A DNA stretch of 64,000 bases. Origin: an uncultured Spirochaetota bacterium (lineage in GTDB: Bacteria; Spirochaetota; Brevinematia; Brevinematales; JAOACQ01). Each line of letters starts with the position of its first letter. The first letter of the stretch is position 1. Below are positions 11,026-22,085 of the stretch, one piece after another. Both the position numbers and the translations under genes were made by a program. The stretch is from assembly GCA_963835575.1 (NCBI GenBank), contig CAWIGG010000005.1, positions 192,001 to 256,000 of the forward strand, read 5' to 3'. The notes under the pieces are model-generated. The model had not been told where the DNA came from. It saw nothing but the letters and a program-made list of their open reading frames with translations, and searched no databases.

Positions 11026-12219
11026 TTATTTATCCAATAAAGAGCGAATTCTTTTGACTGCTTCCTCCAACCGGCTGATAGGCTGAGTATAGGAAAGCCG
11101 TATATATCCTTCCAGACCAAAGGCGCTGCCTGGAACAACAGAAACATGGGCCTTTTCCAGCAATATGCGGGAAAACTCCGCTGAATTTATCGGTACCGTA
11201 TCACCCACTTCTTTAGCCAGGTAATACTGGATATTCGGGAAAATATAAAAAGCGCCGTCAGGGACCTGGCATCTGACACCATGAATGGCATTCAAAGCAT
11301 TGGCTATATAATCCCTTCTTTCTTTAAATTCAGACACCATTTTTTCCACATAACTTTTAGAATTCTTTAAGCATGCTATACATGCCATCTGGGCTATGGT
11401 ATTGGGATTGGATGTTGAGTGGCTCTGGATTTCATCAAATTTTTTAACTATTCCTTCCCGTGCGGCGGCATAACCGACCCGCCAGCCGGGCATGGAATAA
11501 GCCTTTGAAAAACCGTTTATCGTTATTGTATTTTCGAAAATGGCCGGGGATAATGAAGCGATGGAAGTATGTGCTCCTGTATAATTAAAATACTCGTAGA
11601 TTTCATCCGCTATTATAAAAATATCTTTTTTTAAGGCCAGATCCCCGATAAATTGAAGCTCTTCAGGTGTATAACATACTCCCGTCGGGTTAGAAGGATA
11701 ATTCAGTATCAAGCCTTTAACCCTGGCGGTGATATGCTTTTCCAGTCCATCCAGATCAATTTTAAAACCATCGTCTTCTGTTGCCGGTACCGCTCTCGGC
11801 ACACCGCCGGCAAGCCTTATCTGCTCCACATAGCTTACCCAGTAGGGAACAGGCACCAATACCTCATCTCCTTCATCCACAAGCGCCTGCATTGCCAGAT
11901 ACAAGGCGAATTTAGCGCCCGGCGTCACGATAATATTCTTCGTTTCCAGCGATATATTGTTTTCTTCCTTTAATTTGCCGACAATCAGCTGCTTTAATTC
12001 AATTAATCCGGAATTTTCCGTGTAATGAGCGTTGCCTTCCTGAACCGCTGCCATTGAAGCTTCCTTGGCCTCAAAGGGCGGTTCCCAATCAGGTTCTCCC
12101 GCGGCAAGAGAAATCACATCAATCCCGTTTTTCTTCATTTCTTTAGCTTTGGAGGCTATTGAAAGAGTCGCCGAAGCTTCCAGCTGCCTGACCCGTCTGG
12201 AAAATTCTATCATATTCAA
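11026..12219 (-). CDS. Class I PLP-dependent (aspartate) aminotransferase
   Basis: YPSNPTG, DEIYE, NGFSKAYSMPGWRVGY. Confidence 0.93.
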   Translation of the reverse strand: MNMIEFSRRVRQLEASATLSIASKAKEMKKNGIDVISLAAGEPDWEPPFEAKEASMAAVQEGNAHYTENSGLIELKQLIVGKLKEENNISLETKNIIVTPGAKFALYLAMQALVDEGDEVLVPVPYWVSYVEQIRLAGGVPRAVPATEDDGFKIDLDGLEKHITARVKGLILNYPSNPTGVCYTPEELQFIGDLALKKDIFIIADEIYEYFNYTGAHTSIASLSPAIFENTITINGFSKAYSMPGWRVGYAAAREGIVKKFDEIQSHSTSNPNTIAQMACIACLKNSKSYVEKMVSEFKERRDYIANALNAIHGVRCQVPDGAFYIFPNIQYYLAKEVGDTVPINSAEFSRILLEKAHVSVVPGSAFGLEGYIRLSYTQPISRLEEAVKRIRSLLDK

Positions 12220-12414
12220 TCCTCTTGATCATAATCCCGATTCGAATCATTTTAAAGGCAAGAAGAACCGATGTCAAAACTTTATTGAAAATATTTACCC
12301 GCTGGAAACGCGCTCAAATCCCCGGACGGTGTTCCGGGCTCACCGGGGTATAATACCGTTATAACAGAATAATATCAATGGGAAGCAAGTCCCTGTCAGG
12401 AATAAACAATCCGT

Positions 12415-14823
12415 TCAGTTTTTTATTTTGATAGGGCCAGCCAGCCTTTTAAAAGCTTTTTCCTTATAAAGCTCCTGATCTGCCTGCGAAAGCAGCTCGT
12501 CAAAAGACCTGGGATCCGAATAGTTAAAATAGGCGCAACCCATGCTGAGCGAGAGTTGATAATGTTTATGAGGGGAAGCGTTATATTTGGCGAGATTTTC
12601 ATAAATACGGGATTTGAAAGTATCTTTATCTTCGAGAGTGGAATCCAGAACCAGTATAACAAATTCATCGCCTCCCAGCCGCCCTATAATATCGCCGTCA
12701 CGGAATGATTTCTGAAGAATACCCGCTACTTTCCTGATGGCAAAATCACCTTCCTTATGTCCAAAATTATCATTAATTAATTTAAGTTTGTCCATATCGC
12801 AGAATACCAGCAGGAAATTCTTCTTCGATCTGATCGCATATTTATAATGCTGTTCGCTCAGTAAAATAAAGCCTCTTCTATTATAAAGACCTGTCAGTTC
12901 ATCATGCAGGCTCTGCTTATGCAGTTTGGAGTTTGTCCTGTTTAACTGCGACAGAACCCTTTTAAGCCGTTCCTCAATTTTTTTTCTTTCTGTAATTTCA
13001 CCTTTCAGGTTTTTGTTTGCCAGAGTCAAATCGGCCGTTCTGGCTTTAACTTCTTCCTCAAGGGTCTGGGCCTGCATTTTTATCTGCTCAATAAGCATCG
13101 CGCCCTTTAAAGCGACGCTGAGTTTATGCCTGAGTATTTCATATGTTTTGGCCTCTCCCGCGCCTAATGAAAAAAGAACAAGCCCAATTTGATCATACCC
13201 CTGAAAAAGACTTTCGACTAAAAAACTATATCGTGTCTTTTGCGGCATGAATTCCGGATGGATCAGGTTTTTAGTCGGGAATCTTTTACCTTTCTTATCA
13301 AGCCAGAGCAGCTTTTCATTATTATAAGCTAAAAGCATTCTTGAATAAGTCAGCGGTTTTTTATTATTTTCATAAATTGACAGGAAGCATGAGCGGATCC
13401 CGATTGACGGAAATTCATTAAAAGCGACTTTCAATTCGTCTTCTATTTTAAGAGATGTGATCAGCCGTTCTCCGATATCATTCATGTCTTCCAGCCTGTA
13501 ATCAAAAAGGGCCTGATTGAATGCCTCGCTTCTTTCAGCGGCTTCAACAAGCATAACTTCCGCCTGCTTGAACAAAGCATTCAGATAGTTCAACATTTTC
13601 GCGTCCGGATGACCGGAAAAAATATGCATCCGCATAGCATGAAGCATTTCTCCAAGGAGCGTTAAATTGATATTTTCAGCGACCGCCTGAAATATAATTT
13701 TATTCCATTTTTGAATGAAGGAGAATTGGGATTTGCCGTTTAGATCTTCCGCAAGAGTCTTCAATAGAGTATTGACCCACTTTATAAACAATTTTTCACT
13801 TTTATCGTCAATTGCCTTGTTATGAAGAATATCCAGCAGAATAGACTCCTTATACCGGGACGCAATATAATCAAAATAGTTTTTGGGGAGAACCGGCTTT
13901 TCACGCGCAACAGCGGCCGCATCCGCCCGGGTCATAAAACAACCGCATGAATTTCGGATGACAAGTTTCGTGGAGATATAGGTCACCGGCGGAATATCTT
14001 CCCCATTAATATATTTGGCAAACACCTCGGCTGTTTTCTGCCCGTATAGATAAAAAGGCTGGTTAACCGTTGTTATCTTCAGATACTGGCTGATTTCAGC
14101 ATCATCAAAGCCGACCACGGGAATATCCTCGGGAACATTTATTTTCCGCTCTTTAAGTTCCTCAAGCACGCCAAGAGCCATTGTGTCATTTGATGAAACA
14201 ATCACGTCAAATTTGACTTTTCTTTTATCCAGAAGGGTCTCCACAGCTTTTTTCCCGGAAGAAATGAGAAAATCCCCATGAATAATCAAATCATTTTTCA
14301 GAGGTATATGATGCTTTCCCAGCACCTTCTGGTATGCTTTAAAACGCGCTTCCGCCTCATGATTACCCCTGGGCCCGCTGATAAAAGCGATTTTTTTATA
14401 ACCATGAACATGGATCAGATGTTCCAGCAGCTCGCTCATCCCTTTCTCATTATCAATAGTCAGGCAGGGATAATTGTCGATCTTTTCGCCGACCGTGACC
14501 ACCGGCAGATTGTTATATTTTTTCAAATAATTTTTCAGCCGGTCAATCCCCACCAGATTGGCAATCGAAGGCGCCATGACAATAAGCCCGTCCACATTGC
14601 CCGGATCAACAGCGTCGAACAGAATATTCCGGCATTTTTCCCATTCCAGCTGAGAATCCAGTCTGCCTGTAACAAAACAAAGAAGATTATAATCATTCTT
14701 CCCGGCATAATCCGCGATCCCTTCCATCATATTGACATGATAGGAAGTCCCCAGCCAATCCATGAGAAGCCCTATTGTTTTACGCTTTGAAAGAGATTTG
14801 CCTGATTTACCGTCCCTGTTCAT
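12415..14823 (-). CDS. LacI-type sugar-binding domain fused to diguanylate cyclase (GGDEF)
   Basis: N-terminal periplasmic-binding fold (HGYKKIAFISGP, SNDTMALG, VVGFDD) without HTH; coiled coil; DELTGLYNRR and intact RLGGDEF. Confidence 0.9.
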   Translation of the reverse strand: MNRDGKSGKSLSKRKTIGLLMDWLGTSYHVNMMEGIADYAGKNDYNLLCFVTGRLDSQLEWEKCRNILFDAVDPGNVDGLIVMAPSIANLVGIDRLKNYLKKYNNLPVVTVGEKIDNYPCLTIDNEKGMSELLEHLIHVHGYKKIAFISGPRGNHEAEARFKAYQKVLGKHHIPLKNDLIIHGDFLISSGKKAVETLLDKRKVKFDVIVSSNDTMALGVLEELKERKINVPEDIPVVGFDDAEISQYLKITTVNQPFYLYGQKTAEVFAKYINGEDIPPVTYISTKLVIRNSCGCFMTRADAAAVAREKPVLPKNYFDYIASRYKESILLDILHNKAIDDKSEKLFIKWVNTLLKTLAEDLNGKSQFSFIQKWNKIIFQAVAENINLTLLGEMLHAMRMHIFSGHPDAKMLNYLNALFKQAEVMLVEAAERSEAFNQALFDYRLEDMNDIGERLITSLKIEDELKVAFNEFPSIGIRSCFLSIYENNKKPLTYSRMLLAYNNEKLLWLDKKGKRFPTKNLIHPEFMPQKTRYSFLVESLFQGYDQIGLVLFSLGAGEAKTYEILRHKLSVALKGAMLIEQIKMQAQTLEEEVKARTADLTLANKNLKGEITERKKIEERLKRVLSQLNRTNSKLHKQSLHDELTGLYNRRGFILLSEQHYKYAIRSKKNFLLVFCDMDKLKLINDNFGHKEGDFAIRKVAGILQKSFRDGDIIGRLGGDEFVILVLDSTLEDKDTFKSRIYENLAKYNASPHKHYQLSLSMGCAYFNYSDPRSFDELLSQADQELYKEKAFKRLAGPIKIKN

Positions 14824-15078
14824 TTCCCCATCACCTTCCTTTTAGCCTTCTATAATATATCTGTCTTATCAATACTTTTCAAATTTTTCATATATTGTCT
14901 TATAGAAAAATTCATATGCCCTCCTGCAATTATTATTAAGAAATGAAAACAAACCTGAATATAACCGTTTTTATCGCAAAAGTTCAGGATGAATTGGACT
15001 TAATAATTAACCTGATATATAGAATAATCGATCGGCCGGGAACATACTCTCAGGAAAAAAATCTCAGGAAAAAAATAC

Positions 15079-15107
15079 TTGACCGTACAAAAAGATGTCA
15101 TTATAAT
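15079..15107 (+). promoter_or_regulatory. Sigma70-type promoter for the cellodextrin phosphorylase gene
   Basis: TTGACC-17 nt-TATAAT. Confidence 0.7.
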
Positions 15108-15109
15108 AG

Positions 15110-15143
15110 GGCAGTTCTAAAAATGTGACTTTTTAGAACTGCC
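15110..15143. repeat. Short palindromic element copy 1 (GGCAGTTC...GAACTGCC)
   Basis: GGCAGTTCTAAAAA-TGTGAC-TTTTTAGAACTGCC. Confidence 0.8.
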
Positions 15144-15231
15144 AATATTGTTCCGAACCATGCAGCCGCTAAGTTTGCTTCGCAAACTCCTCGCGGCAGC
15201 AGTTTTTTATTAACCAAAAGTTTTTATAATT

Positions 15232-15268
15232 AGGCAGTTCCAAAAACTTCAGGTTTTTGGAACTGCCT
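15232..15268. repeat. Short palindromic element copy 2
   Basis: AGGCAGTTCCAAAAAC-TTCAG-GTTTTTGGAACTGCCT flanked by AATT on both sides. Confidence 0.8.
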
Positions 15269-15302
15269 AATTAAAACCGCTTTGTTTACAGGATGGATTA
15301 TC

Positions 15303-18281
15303 ATGAAAAAGGAAATTCTCACCGCCCGTTCTTTTAAAATCAGCCCTGAAGATATTTTAAGGGAACTATTTAAGAAATTAATACAACCGGGCCATCTTGC
15401 TGATGCCGTATTTACGAACAGCCGTTTTAAAAATGTCATAGGCATTGCCCCTCTGCCTGTCAAAGCGCCATTTCTGATTATTCTTCTTAAAAATACTTCC
15501 ATAACGGATTTTATCTATAAAAATATATCAGATTTTAAATCCTTATTATTTTTACTCTCAGAAAGCCTTAAAAATATTCAGTGTTTCTGCCGCGAAGGTA
15601 AAATAGTCAAGGAACTTGATATCCCGCTTAAAATAAAAAAATCGGTTATTGCCGAGATTACGCAGGCGCTTCAGAATGCCGGCAGTCTTAATCAGAACGG
15701 GGCTCATGAAATCGATTTAAAATTACAGTCTCCCGGCCCTCATTTTTCCGTAAACCTCTTGATCGGCAACCGGACCGGCTTCCCAAACGCGCTTCAAACA
15801 ACCCCTAAAAGCGTAGTGGATAAATTCGGGCGCGGCAGTTTCCGTTCGCATGCCGCCGTCCAGATCCTCGCCACGCGTTATGATATGCGGCAGGAAGAAA
15901 ACGGATTCCCTGCAAACCGGCAGTTTTATATTCTGGAAAATTCAAAAAAAATATTTTATTCGGCGAATATCCAGGATGAGAATTTCGAATCGGGCACCTG
16001 CATTCATTCTCAGAATTACACTCAGATCAAATACCGGACCCGCTGCGCCCTTGATATAGAGAGGACCATCTTTCTGCTGCCTCAGTACAACGGGCTCCCG
16101 ATGGCGACAGAGGTCCAGGAGATAGAAATTAAAAACATGAGCCGGAAAATCAGACGCCTTAAAATTATTACCACTGGCATGTTCGGTTCTGCAAAACCTG
16201 TCGCCTTACAGGAAGATGTGCTCTACAGCAATATTATTGTTCAATCCAAAATCCTCAGGGGCGACGACGGTTCCATTCTTGCCGTCGGAGATGACTATTA
16301 TCCTGAAGAAGACCGGAGCGATCTCCGTTTCCACACAATGATCATCCATAACGGAAAATCCACCCATCTGGCCAGGGAATTCTGTACTGATTATAATGAA
16401 TTTGTCGGGAACGGCACTCTTGAAAATCCCGAAGGCGCTTTAATACTCAGCAACAGACTTTCCCGGAAAGGCCCCCCCTTCTTTGCCCTTGCCGGCGAAA
16501 TTAAAATTAAACCCGGCGAAAAGGCCAGGATCGACACGTTTACCGGAATGGTTTCTGAAAAAGCGAACCCCAATTTCTATGCTTCTTCTTATAAGGAAGA
16601 AATATCCCGCCTGATCAATTATTTTTCCAGAAATGATTCACTGGCAAAAGCTTTTCAGGATATAAAAAGATTCCAGTCCAGATACTGCGGTTTCCTACAG
16701 GTTTCCTCCTCAAACGCATTATTTAACTCTTTTTTCAATAAAAATCTTCCTTTTCAGGTTTTCTACCAGACTTTTACTTCACGCTCCTTCTGTCAAACCC
16801 AGAAAGGGTACAGGGAAATCGGGTTCCGTGAAATCCAGGATATTTTCGCTTCCATGTATTATTTTGTAAGTATGGGAATGGAGAATGTCGTCAGGGATTT
16901 ATTATCAGAATGGGCGGCTAATATCTTTGAGTTCGGTTATGCCTATCACAATTTCTTCTGGAAGGGAAAAGAACCCGGTAAATGGTCTGACGATGCCCTC
17001 TGGTTTATCCAGGCTGTTTACCGCTATGTTATTCTGACCGGCGATTTAGGCTTCCTGAATACTGAATGCCCTGTTGCCGGGACTGTGCCGGTGCAGAAAC
17101 GATCGATATATAAAACAATCCAGGCTGTTATTCATTATTCCGGCGTCGTATCAACCGGCAAGCACGGCCTGCCGCTTCTCGACAGCGCCGACTGGAACGA
17201 TACGCTTAAACTGGACGAGGATTATATAAACGGGCCTGAAAAAGAAATAATCTATCAGGAACAAATAAAAAAAGACGGGAATAATAAAGCGCCGTTTAAG
17301 AGCAATTATTCCGAAAGCGTTATGAACGCCTTTCTCCTCAAAGTGGCTGTTGATGAAATGCTCCTTCTTTCAAAAAGGAAAAAAGATACCGCCTATCATG
17401 AATATCTGAAGAATTTTTCAGATAAATTAAAAGGAAACATCCAGAAGCATGCCTGGAAAGGGGATTTTTTTGCTCGGGTGCTTTTTAACCGTTATCCGGA
17501 CGGAGAGTATGCCTACCTGGGAGCTGAAGGGGACGGTTTATCTGCAGACCCTCATTTAAAAGGCGTTTATCTCATCAATTCCTTCAGCTGGGCCATTCTC
17601 AGCGGCACAGCCACAGAGGAACAGGTCCGCATCATGCTGCCGGTTTTTGAAAAAGCGCTTAAAACACCTTACGGCCTGAAGCTCATGACCCCAGCCGCGC
17701 TGGACAAGGTTTCAAAAAGCACAGCTGCGGGACATTATTTCCCCGGCGACCGCGAAAACGGCGGAGTATTCAAGCACGCTTCCATGATGGCAGCGGCAGC
17801 GCTCTTAAAAGCAGCTAAGGAGTCCCTTGATAAGGCCCTGGCCGTAAAACTCAGCTCTCTTGCATACTGGATGATAGACCTGGTCATGCCTTATAAAACC
17901 CTGGAAAATCCATACCAGTTCGGCGGTAATCCCCGCTTCTGCACACAGTATACCAACAGCGAAACAGGTGAAAATATCGGACCGCTCTTGAGCGGGACAG
18001 CGACATGGCTTAGCCTGGCCCTTTTTTCCGCCTTCGGTCTGGAATACACATCACAGGGTATAGATTTCAATCCCATACTCAGGGAAGATGATGAGATACT
18101 TTCTTATAATTTAAAAACCGGCAAATCACAGTATAAATTTATAATAAAAAAACCGAAAGGTTTTTACCGTACTCTGGACAATACCTTCATCATTAAACTG
18201 GACAGAATAAAAAAAGAAAAGAATATCATTCCCCTCTTTAATGACGGGAAAAAACACATTGTCGAATTAGTATTTAATTAA
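15303..18281 (+). CDS. cdp: Cellodextrin phosphorylase (GH94)
   Basis: N-terminus (TAR..KI.P, ADAVFT, PGPHF.VNLLIGNR, TTPKSVVD.FGRGSFRSHAA) matches Clostridium thermocellum cellodextrin phosphorylase as recalled; ADWND catalytic motif, RENGGVFKH. Confidence 0.9.
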   Translation: MKKEILTARSFKISPEDILRELFKKLIQPGHLADAVFTNSRFKNVIGIAPLPVKAPFLIILLKNTSITDFIYKNISDFKSLLFLLSESLKNIQCFCREGKIVKELDIPLKIKKSVIAEITQALQNAGSLNQNGAHEIDLKLQSPGPHFSVNLLIGNRTGFPNALQTTPKSVVDKFGRGSFRSHAAVQILATRYDMRQEENGFPANRQFYILENSKKIFYSANIQDENFESGTCIHSQNYTQIKYRTRCALDIERTIFLLPQYNGLPMATEVQEIEIKNMSRKIRRLKIITTGMFGSAKPVALQEDVLYSNIIVQSKILRGDDGSILAVGDDYYPEEDRSDLRFHTMIIHNGKSTHLAREFCTDYNEFVGNGTLENPEGALILSNRLSRKGPPFFALAGEIKIKPGEKARIDTFTGMVSEKANPNFYASSYKEEISRLINYFSRNDSLAKAFQDIKRFQSRYCGFLQVSSSNALFNSFFNKNLPFQVFYQTFTSRSFCQTQKGYREIGFREIQDIFASMYYFVSMGMENVVRDLLSEWAANIFEFGYAYHNFFWKGKEPGKWSDDALWFIQAVYRYVILTGDLGFLNTECPVAGTVPVQKRSIYKTIQAVIHYSGVVSTGKHGLPLLDSADWNDTLKLDEDYINGPEKEIIYQEQIKKDGNNKAPFKSNYSESVMNAFLLKVAVDEMLLLSKRKKDTAYHEYLKNFSDKLKGNIQKHAWKGDFFARVLFNRYPDGEYAYLGAEGDGLSADPHLKGVYLINSFSWAILSGTATEEQVRIMLPVFEKALKTPYGLKLMTPAALDKVSKSTAAGHYFPGDRENGGVFKHASMMAAAALLKAAKESLDKALAVKLSSLAYWMIDLVMPYKTLENPYQFGGNPRFCTQYTNSETGENIGPLLSGTATWLSLALFSAFGLEYTSQGIDFNPILREDDEILSYNLKTGKSQYKFIIKKPKGFYRTLDNTFIIKLDRIKKEKNIIPLFNDGKKHIVELVFN

Positions 18282-18318
18282 GGGCAGTTCCAAAAACTAA
18301 TGATTTTTAGAACTGCCT
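18282..18318. repeat. Short palindromic element copy 3
   Basis: GGGCAGTTCCAAAAAC...TTTTTAGAACTGCCT flanked by TTAA on both sides. Confidence 0.8.
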
Positions 18319-18505
18319 TTAAGAGTATTTTTATTCCAAGCCAGTTTGTCAGATTCTGCCTGAGAAGCGGACAAACTGCCAAGGGATTGAATAGATATAA
18401 GTGATTTTATCAATTTTTTAAAACCACCGGTCAGGAGACATGAAATGCCGAAACATGATGTTTATGCCTATGGTATGATTGCAGCCAGCGCTCTCTATAT
18501 ATTAA

Positions 18506-19789
18506 GGGCGGTTTGAAAAACCCACGTATCATATACAAATAGTATATAAAAACATATAATCATAGTCAAAGAAAACAGAGGTAAGGCTATGACAAAAATT
18601 AAGCGGAAAGACCGTAACTTGTTTGAATATCAGGAGCGGATGGAAAAGCTAAGCGGCGTAAAAACACCGCTGGATAAGCTTAACAGGGTTGTAGACTTTG
18701 AGATGTTCCGGCCGCTGTTAACAGAGATTTTGGCGCCGAAAGAGCAGAAGGCGCCGGGCGGAGCGCCACATTATGACTATGTTTTCATGTTCAAGATACT
18801 GATATTCCAGAGGTATTACAATCTTTCCGATGAGCAAGCGGAATTTCAGATCAATGACAGGTTATCCGTTCAGCGATATCTTGGGATAACACTTTCGGAC
18901 AAAGTTCCGGACTACAGTAAAATCTGGGAATTCAAGGAAAAACTGACGAAAGCGAAAGCAATAGAGAAACTTTTTAAAATATTCGATGAGAATCTTGAGA
19001 ATAAAGGTGTGATAGGGAAAGCGGGCGTTATGGTAGACGCAAGTTTTGTGGATGTTCCCCGGCAGAGGAACAGCCGCGAAGAAAACAAGAAAATAAAAGA
19101 AGGCGAGGTTCCGGAAGATTGGAAAGATAATACGCATAAGCTTTCCCATAAAGACACGGATGCGCGCTGGATGACCAAGAATAAAGAGAGGCATTACGGA
19201 TACAAAAACCATACAAAGGTTGATGTGAAGTCAAAACTTATTCGTTCTTATGTCACGACAGATGCGAGCGTTCACGATTCACAGGTAGTTGAACCTCTAT
19301 TGAATGAGAAAGACAAAGGGAAGCCGTTTTACGCGGACAGCGCATATGTTGGCCCAACGGTAGCAGGAATATTAGAAAAATTTGAGATGAAAAACCGGAT
19401 TCACGAAAAAGGATACAGAAATAAGCCATTGACGGAGAAGCAGAAAGAAAAAAATAGAAGAAAGAGCCGCATCCGAGTTCGTGTTGAGCATGTTTTTGGT
19501 TTTGTTGAAAATAGTATGAACGGCAGTACAATACGATCGATAGGAAAAGAAAGGGCAGAGAGCCAAATCGGGCTGATGAATCTGGTTTATAATTTAGCAC
19601 GGTATGTTGTGGTAAAAGGTCGAATTGCGTCTTGTGCGGCTTAAAATACAGAAGATATGGATAATATTGCCCGTGTTTGGCTGAATTTTGGTAATAGAAA
19701 CAGTTTTTAACCTGTTGGCAGAAATATTTTGAAAATATTTTCTATTATCAGGGAAGTGTTGATAAATTAGGCGGTTTTTAAAACCGCCC
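18506..19789 (+). mobile_element. IS5-family insertion sequence, copy 1 (1284 bp)
   Basis: IRs GGGCGGTTTGAAAAAC / GTTTTTAAAACCGCCC, 4-bp TSD TTAA. Confidence 0.95.
18589..19644 (+). CDS. IS5-family transposase
   Basis: VDASFV, YGYKNH, YADSAY, RVRVEHVFG DDE motifs. Confidence 0.95.
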   Translation: MTKIKRKDRNLFEYQERMEKLSGVKTPLDKLNRVVDFEMFRPLLTEILAPKEQKAPGGAPHYDYVFMFKILIFQRYYNLSDEQAEFQINDRLSVQRYLGITLSDKVPDYSKIWEFKEKLTKAKAIEKLFKIFDENLENKGVIGKAGVMVDASFVDVPRQRNSREENKKIKEGEVPEDWKDNTHKLSHKDTDARWMTKNKERHYGYKNHTKVDVKSKLIRSYVTTDASVHDSQVVEPLLNEKDKGKPFYADSAYVGPTVAGILEKFEMKNRIHEKGYRNKPLTEKQKEKNRRKSRIRVRVEHVFGFVENSMNGSTIRSIGKERAESQIGLMNLVYNLARYVVVKGRIASCAA

Positions 19790-20658
19790 TTAAAGGACAA
19801 ATATCCTGCGCGCGACACTTATGCAGAGATAAAAAAACAATATAAAATGACCGGCGGCGAAGCGGCCAATTCATCCATAGTCCTGTCCAAACTTGGTGCG
19901 AAAATCAAGATTGACGGCAACTGGCTCGGCCGGGATGAGAACGGGGCAATGACAAGGGCTTTCCTTAAGAGTTATAAAATAGATTGTTCCCGCCTTAAAT
20001 TAAAGAAGGGGTATCATGGCGTGAATGAAAATGTCTTTACCGATGGGGAAAGCAGGACAAACTTCGGGACATATCAGCATCTTCTCTTTACCGAAAAACA
20101 GTGGAATACGCCAAGAAAAGAAGACATCGCTTCAGTAAAGATCGCCTGCATCGATTCTTTTTTCAGCGAAGAATCTCAAACCGCGGCGCGGTATTGCCGG
20201 GAACTGGGCGTACCGTATGTCACCGTCGACGTGAAGTATGACGACCCCATAAGCATGAACGCCGATGCTGTCATTATAGCGGGTGAATTCAGAAAAGAAA
20301 AATATAGAGATTATAAAATAGAAGATTTGTTCAAGGAATATCATGAAAGGACAAAAGGCCTGGTCATTTTTACTTGCGGCGCGGACGATATTATTTACGC
20401 GGAAAAAAGCGGCCCTGTCAGAACATTCAAACCTTACACAATCCAGCCGCTTGACGCGACAGGCGCAGGGGATTCCTTCCGTTCAGGCATTATTTACAGT
20501 TTATTAAAAAAATGGCCGATGGAAAAATCAATCCATTTTGCCTCCGCCCTCGCGGCTTTGATATGTCTATCCTTTCCCGGAGTTATAAATGCTCCTTCAT
20601 TAGAGAACGTATTGGATTTTATCCGGCAGAATAAAAGAGAATTTTAAAAGGAGACTAT

Positions 20659-22005
20659 ATGGACCACTTTACTTTCCCGAAGGATTTTAAATGGGGTGCG
20701 GCAACGGCATCCTATCAGATCGAAGGAGCTTATAATGAAGACGGCAGAGGACTGAGCGTCTGGGATACATTCGCACGGCGGCCCGGCAAGATTTTTAATA
20801 ATGATAACGGCGACAGGGCATGCGATCATTACCATCTTTATAAGGAAGATGTTAAGCTGATGAAGGAACTGGGACTGAACGCCTACCGCTTTTCCATTGC
20901 CTGGCCCAGAATTCTCCCCTCCGGCGAAGGAAAGATCAATAATAAAGGCATTGATTTTTATAATAAGCTTGTGGATGAACTCCTGAAGGCCGGCATAGAG
21001 CCCTATATCACTCTTTATCACTGGGATATGCCTCAGGCGCTGGAAGATAAATACGGAGGCTGGAGAAATAAATCGGTGCCTAAAATCTTTGCTGATTATG
21101 CGGGGCTGATGGTCCGGGAATTATCCGACAGGGTCAAATACTGGACGACAATGAACGAGATTGTCTGTTTTACTAAATTAGCGCATGCCGAGGACAGACA
21201 CGCGCCCGGAAAGATTGAAAAACCGCAGATTGTCAATCAAACAATCCATAATGCGTTATTGGGGCACGGCCTCGCTGTGCAGGCCATACGGTCAAACGCG
21301 AAAAAAGCCGTTCAGGCCGGATTAGTGGAAGTACCGTATAATGTATGGCCTATTTTTGATGATAAAGAACATATTAAAGCCGCATCAAAGGCCTGGAAGG
21401 AAAAAAACCAGCAGATCCTTTTCCCGATTATGACCGGGCAATACAGCAGGGATTTTATTGAATATTTAGGCAATGATATGCCGCAATATACGGATGAGGA
21501 AATGAAAATCATCTCTCAAAAATTGGATTTCATGGGATATAATGTCTATTTCGGCGATCCGGTCCGGGCTAGTGATAATGCAAGCGGTTATGAAATAGTA
21601 CCCCTTCCCCACAGCTATCCAAGAACCGAAATGACCTGGGGAACTTCTCCTAAAGCTCTCTATTACACACTCAAACATTCCCAGGAACATTTTTCCCCTC
21701 TTCCACTTTATATAACAGAAAATGGAATGGCCTGCCAGGATATTGAAACCGCCAAGGGAGAAGTCCTGGATATCGACAGGATGGAATACCTCAGGCAGCA
21801 CCTTGAAATGTGCTCAAAGGCCGTATTGGACGGAATCAATTTAAAAGGATATTTCCTCTGGAGCCTTATGGACAATTTCGAGTGGTCATGGGGTTTTTCC
21901 AAACGCTTCGGCATAGTCCGTACTAACTACGCTAACATGGAAAGAACAGTCAAGCTGAGCGGAAAATATTATTCCGCTGTTATTAAAGCCGGAAAAGTAT
22001 TATAA
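20659..22005 (+). CDS. Beta-glucosidase (GH1)
   Basis: FKWGAATASYQIEG, TMNE, ITENG, WSLMDNFEW. Confidence 0.95.
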   Translation: MDHFTFPKDFKWGAATASYQIEGAYNEDGRGLSVWDTFARRPGKIFNNDNGDRACDHYHLYKEDVKLMKELGLNAYRFSIAWPRILPSGEGKINNKGIDFYNKLVDELLKAGIEPYITLYHWDMPQALEDKYGGWRNKSVPKIFADYAGLMVRELSDRVKYWTTMNEIVCFTKLAHAEDRHAPGKIEKPQIVNQTIHNALLGHGLAVQAIRSNAKKAVQAGLVEVPYNVWPIFDDKEHIKAASKAWKEKNQQILFPIMTGQYSRDFIEYLGNDMPQYTDEEMKIISQKLDFMGYNVYFGDPVRASDNASGYEIVPLPHSYPRTEMTWGTSPKALYYTLKHSQEHFSPLPLYITENGMACQDIETAKGEVLDIDRMEYLRQHLEMCSKAVLDGINLKGYFLWSLMDNFEWSWGFSKRFGIVRTNYANMERTVKLSGKYYSAVIKAGKVL

Positions 22006-22085
22006 TTTCGGCTGAATATTTTGATTATTACCGGTTTTTCTATTAAAATATTTATCTTTTATTATTAATAACGGGAGGATGGTAT

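Larger units (their letters stand above)
18445..20647 (+). pseudogene. PfkB-family carbohydrate kinase interrupted by the IS at 18506-19789
   Basis: Removing the IS and one TTAA gives in-frame MPKHDVYAYGMIAASALYILKDKYPARDTYAEIKKQYKMTGGEAANS...; C-terminal DATGAGDSF PfkB motif. Confidence 0.88.
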
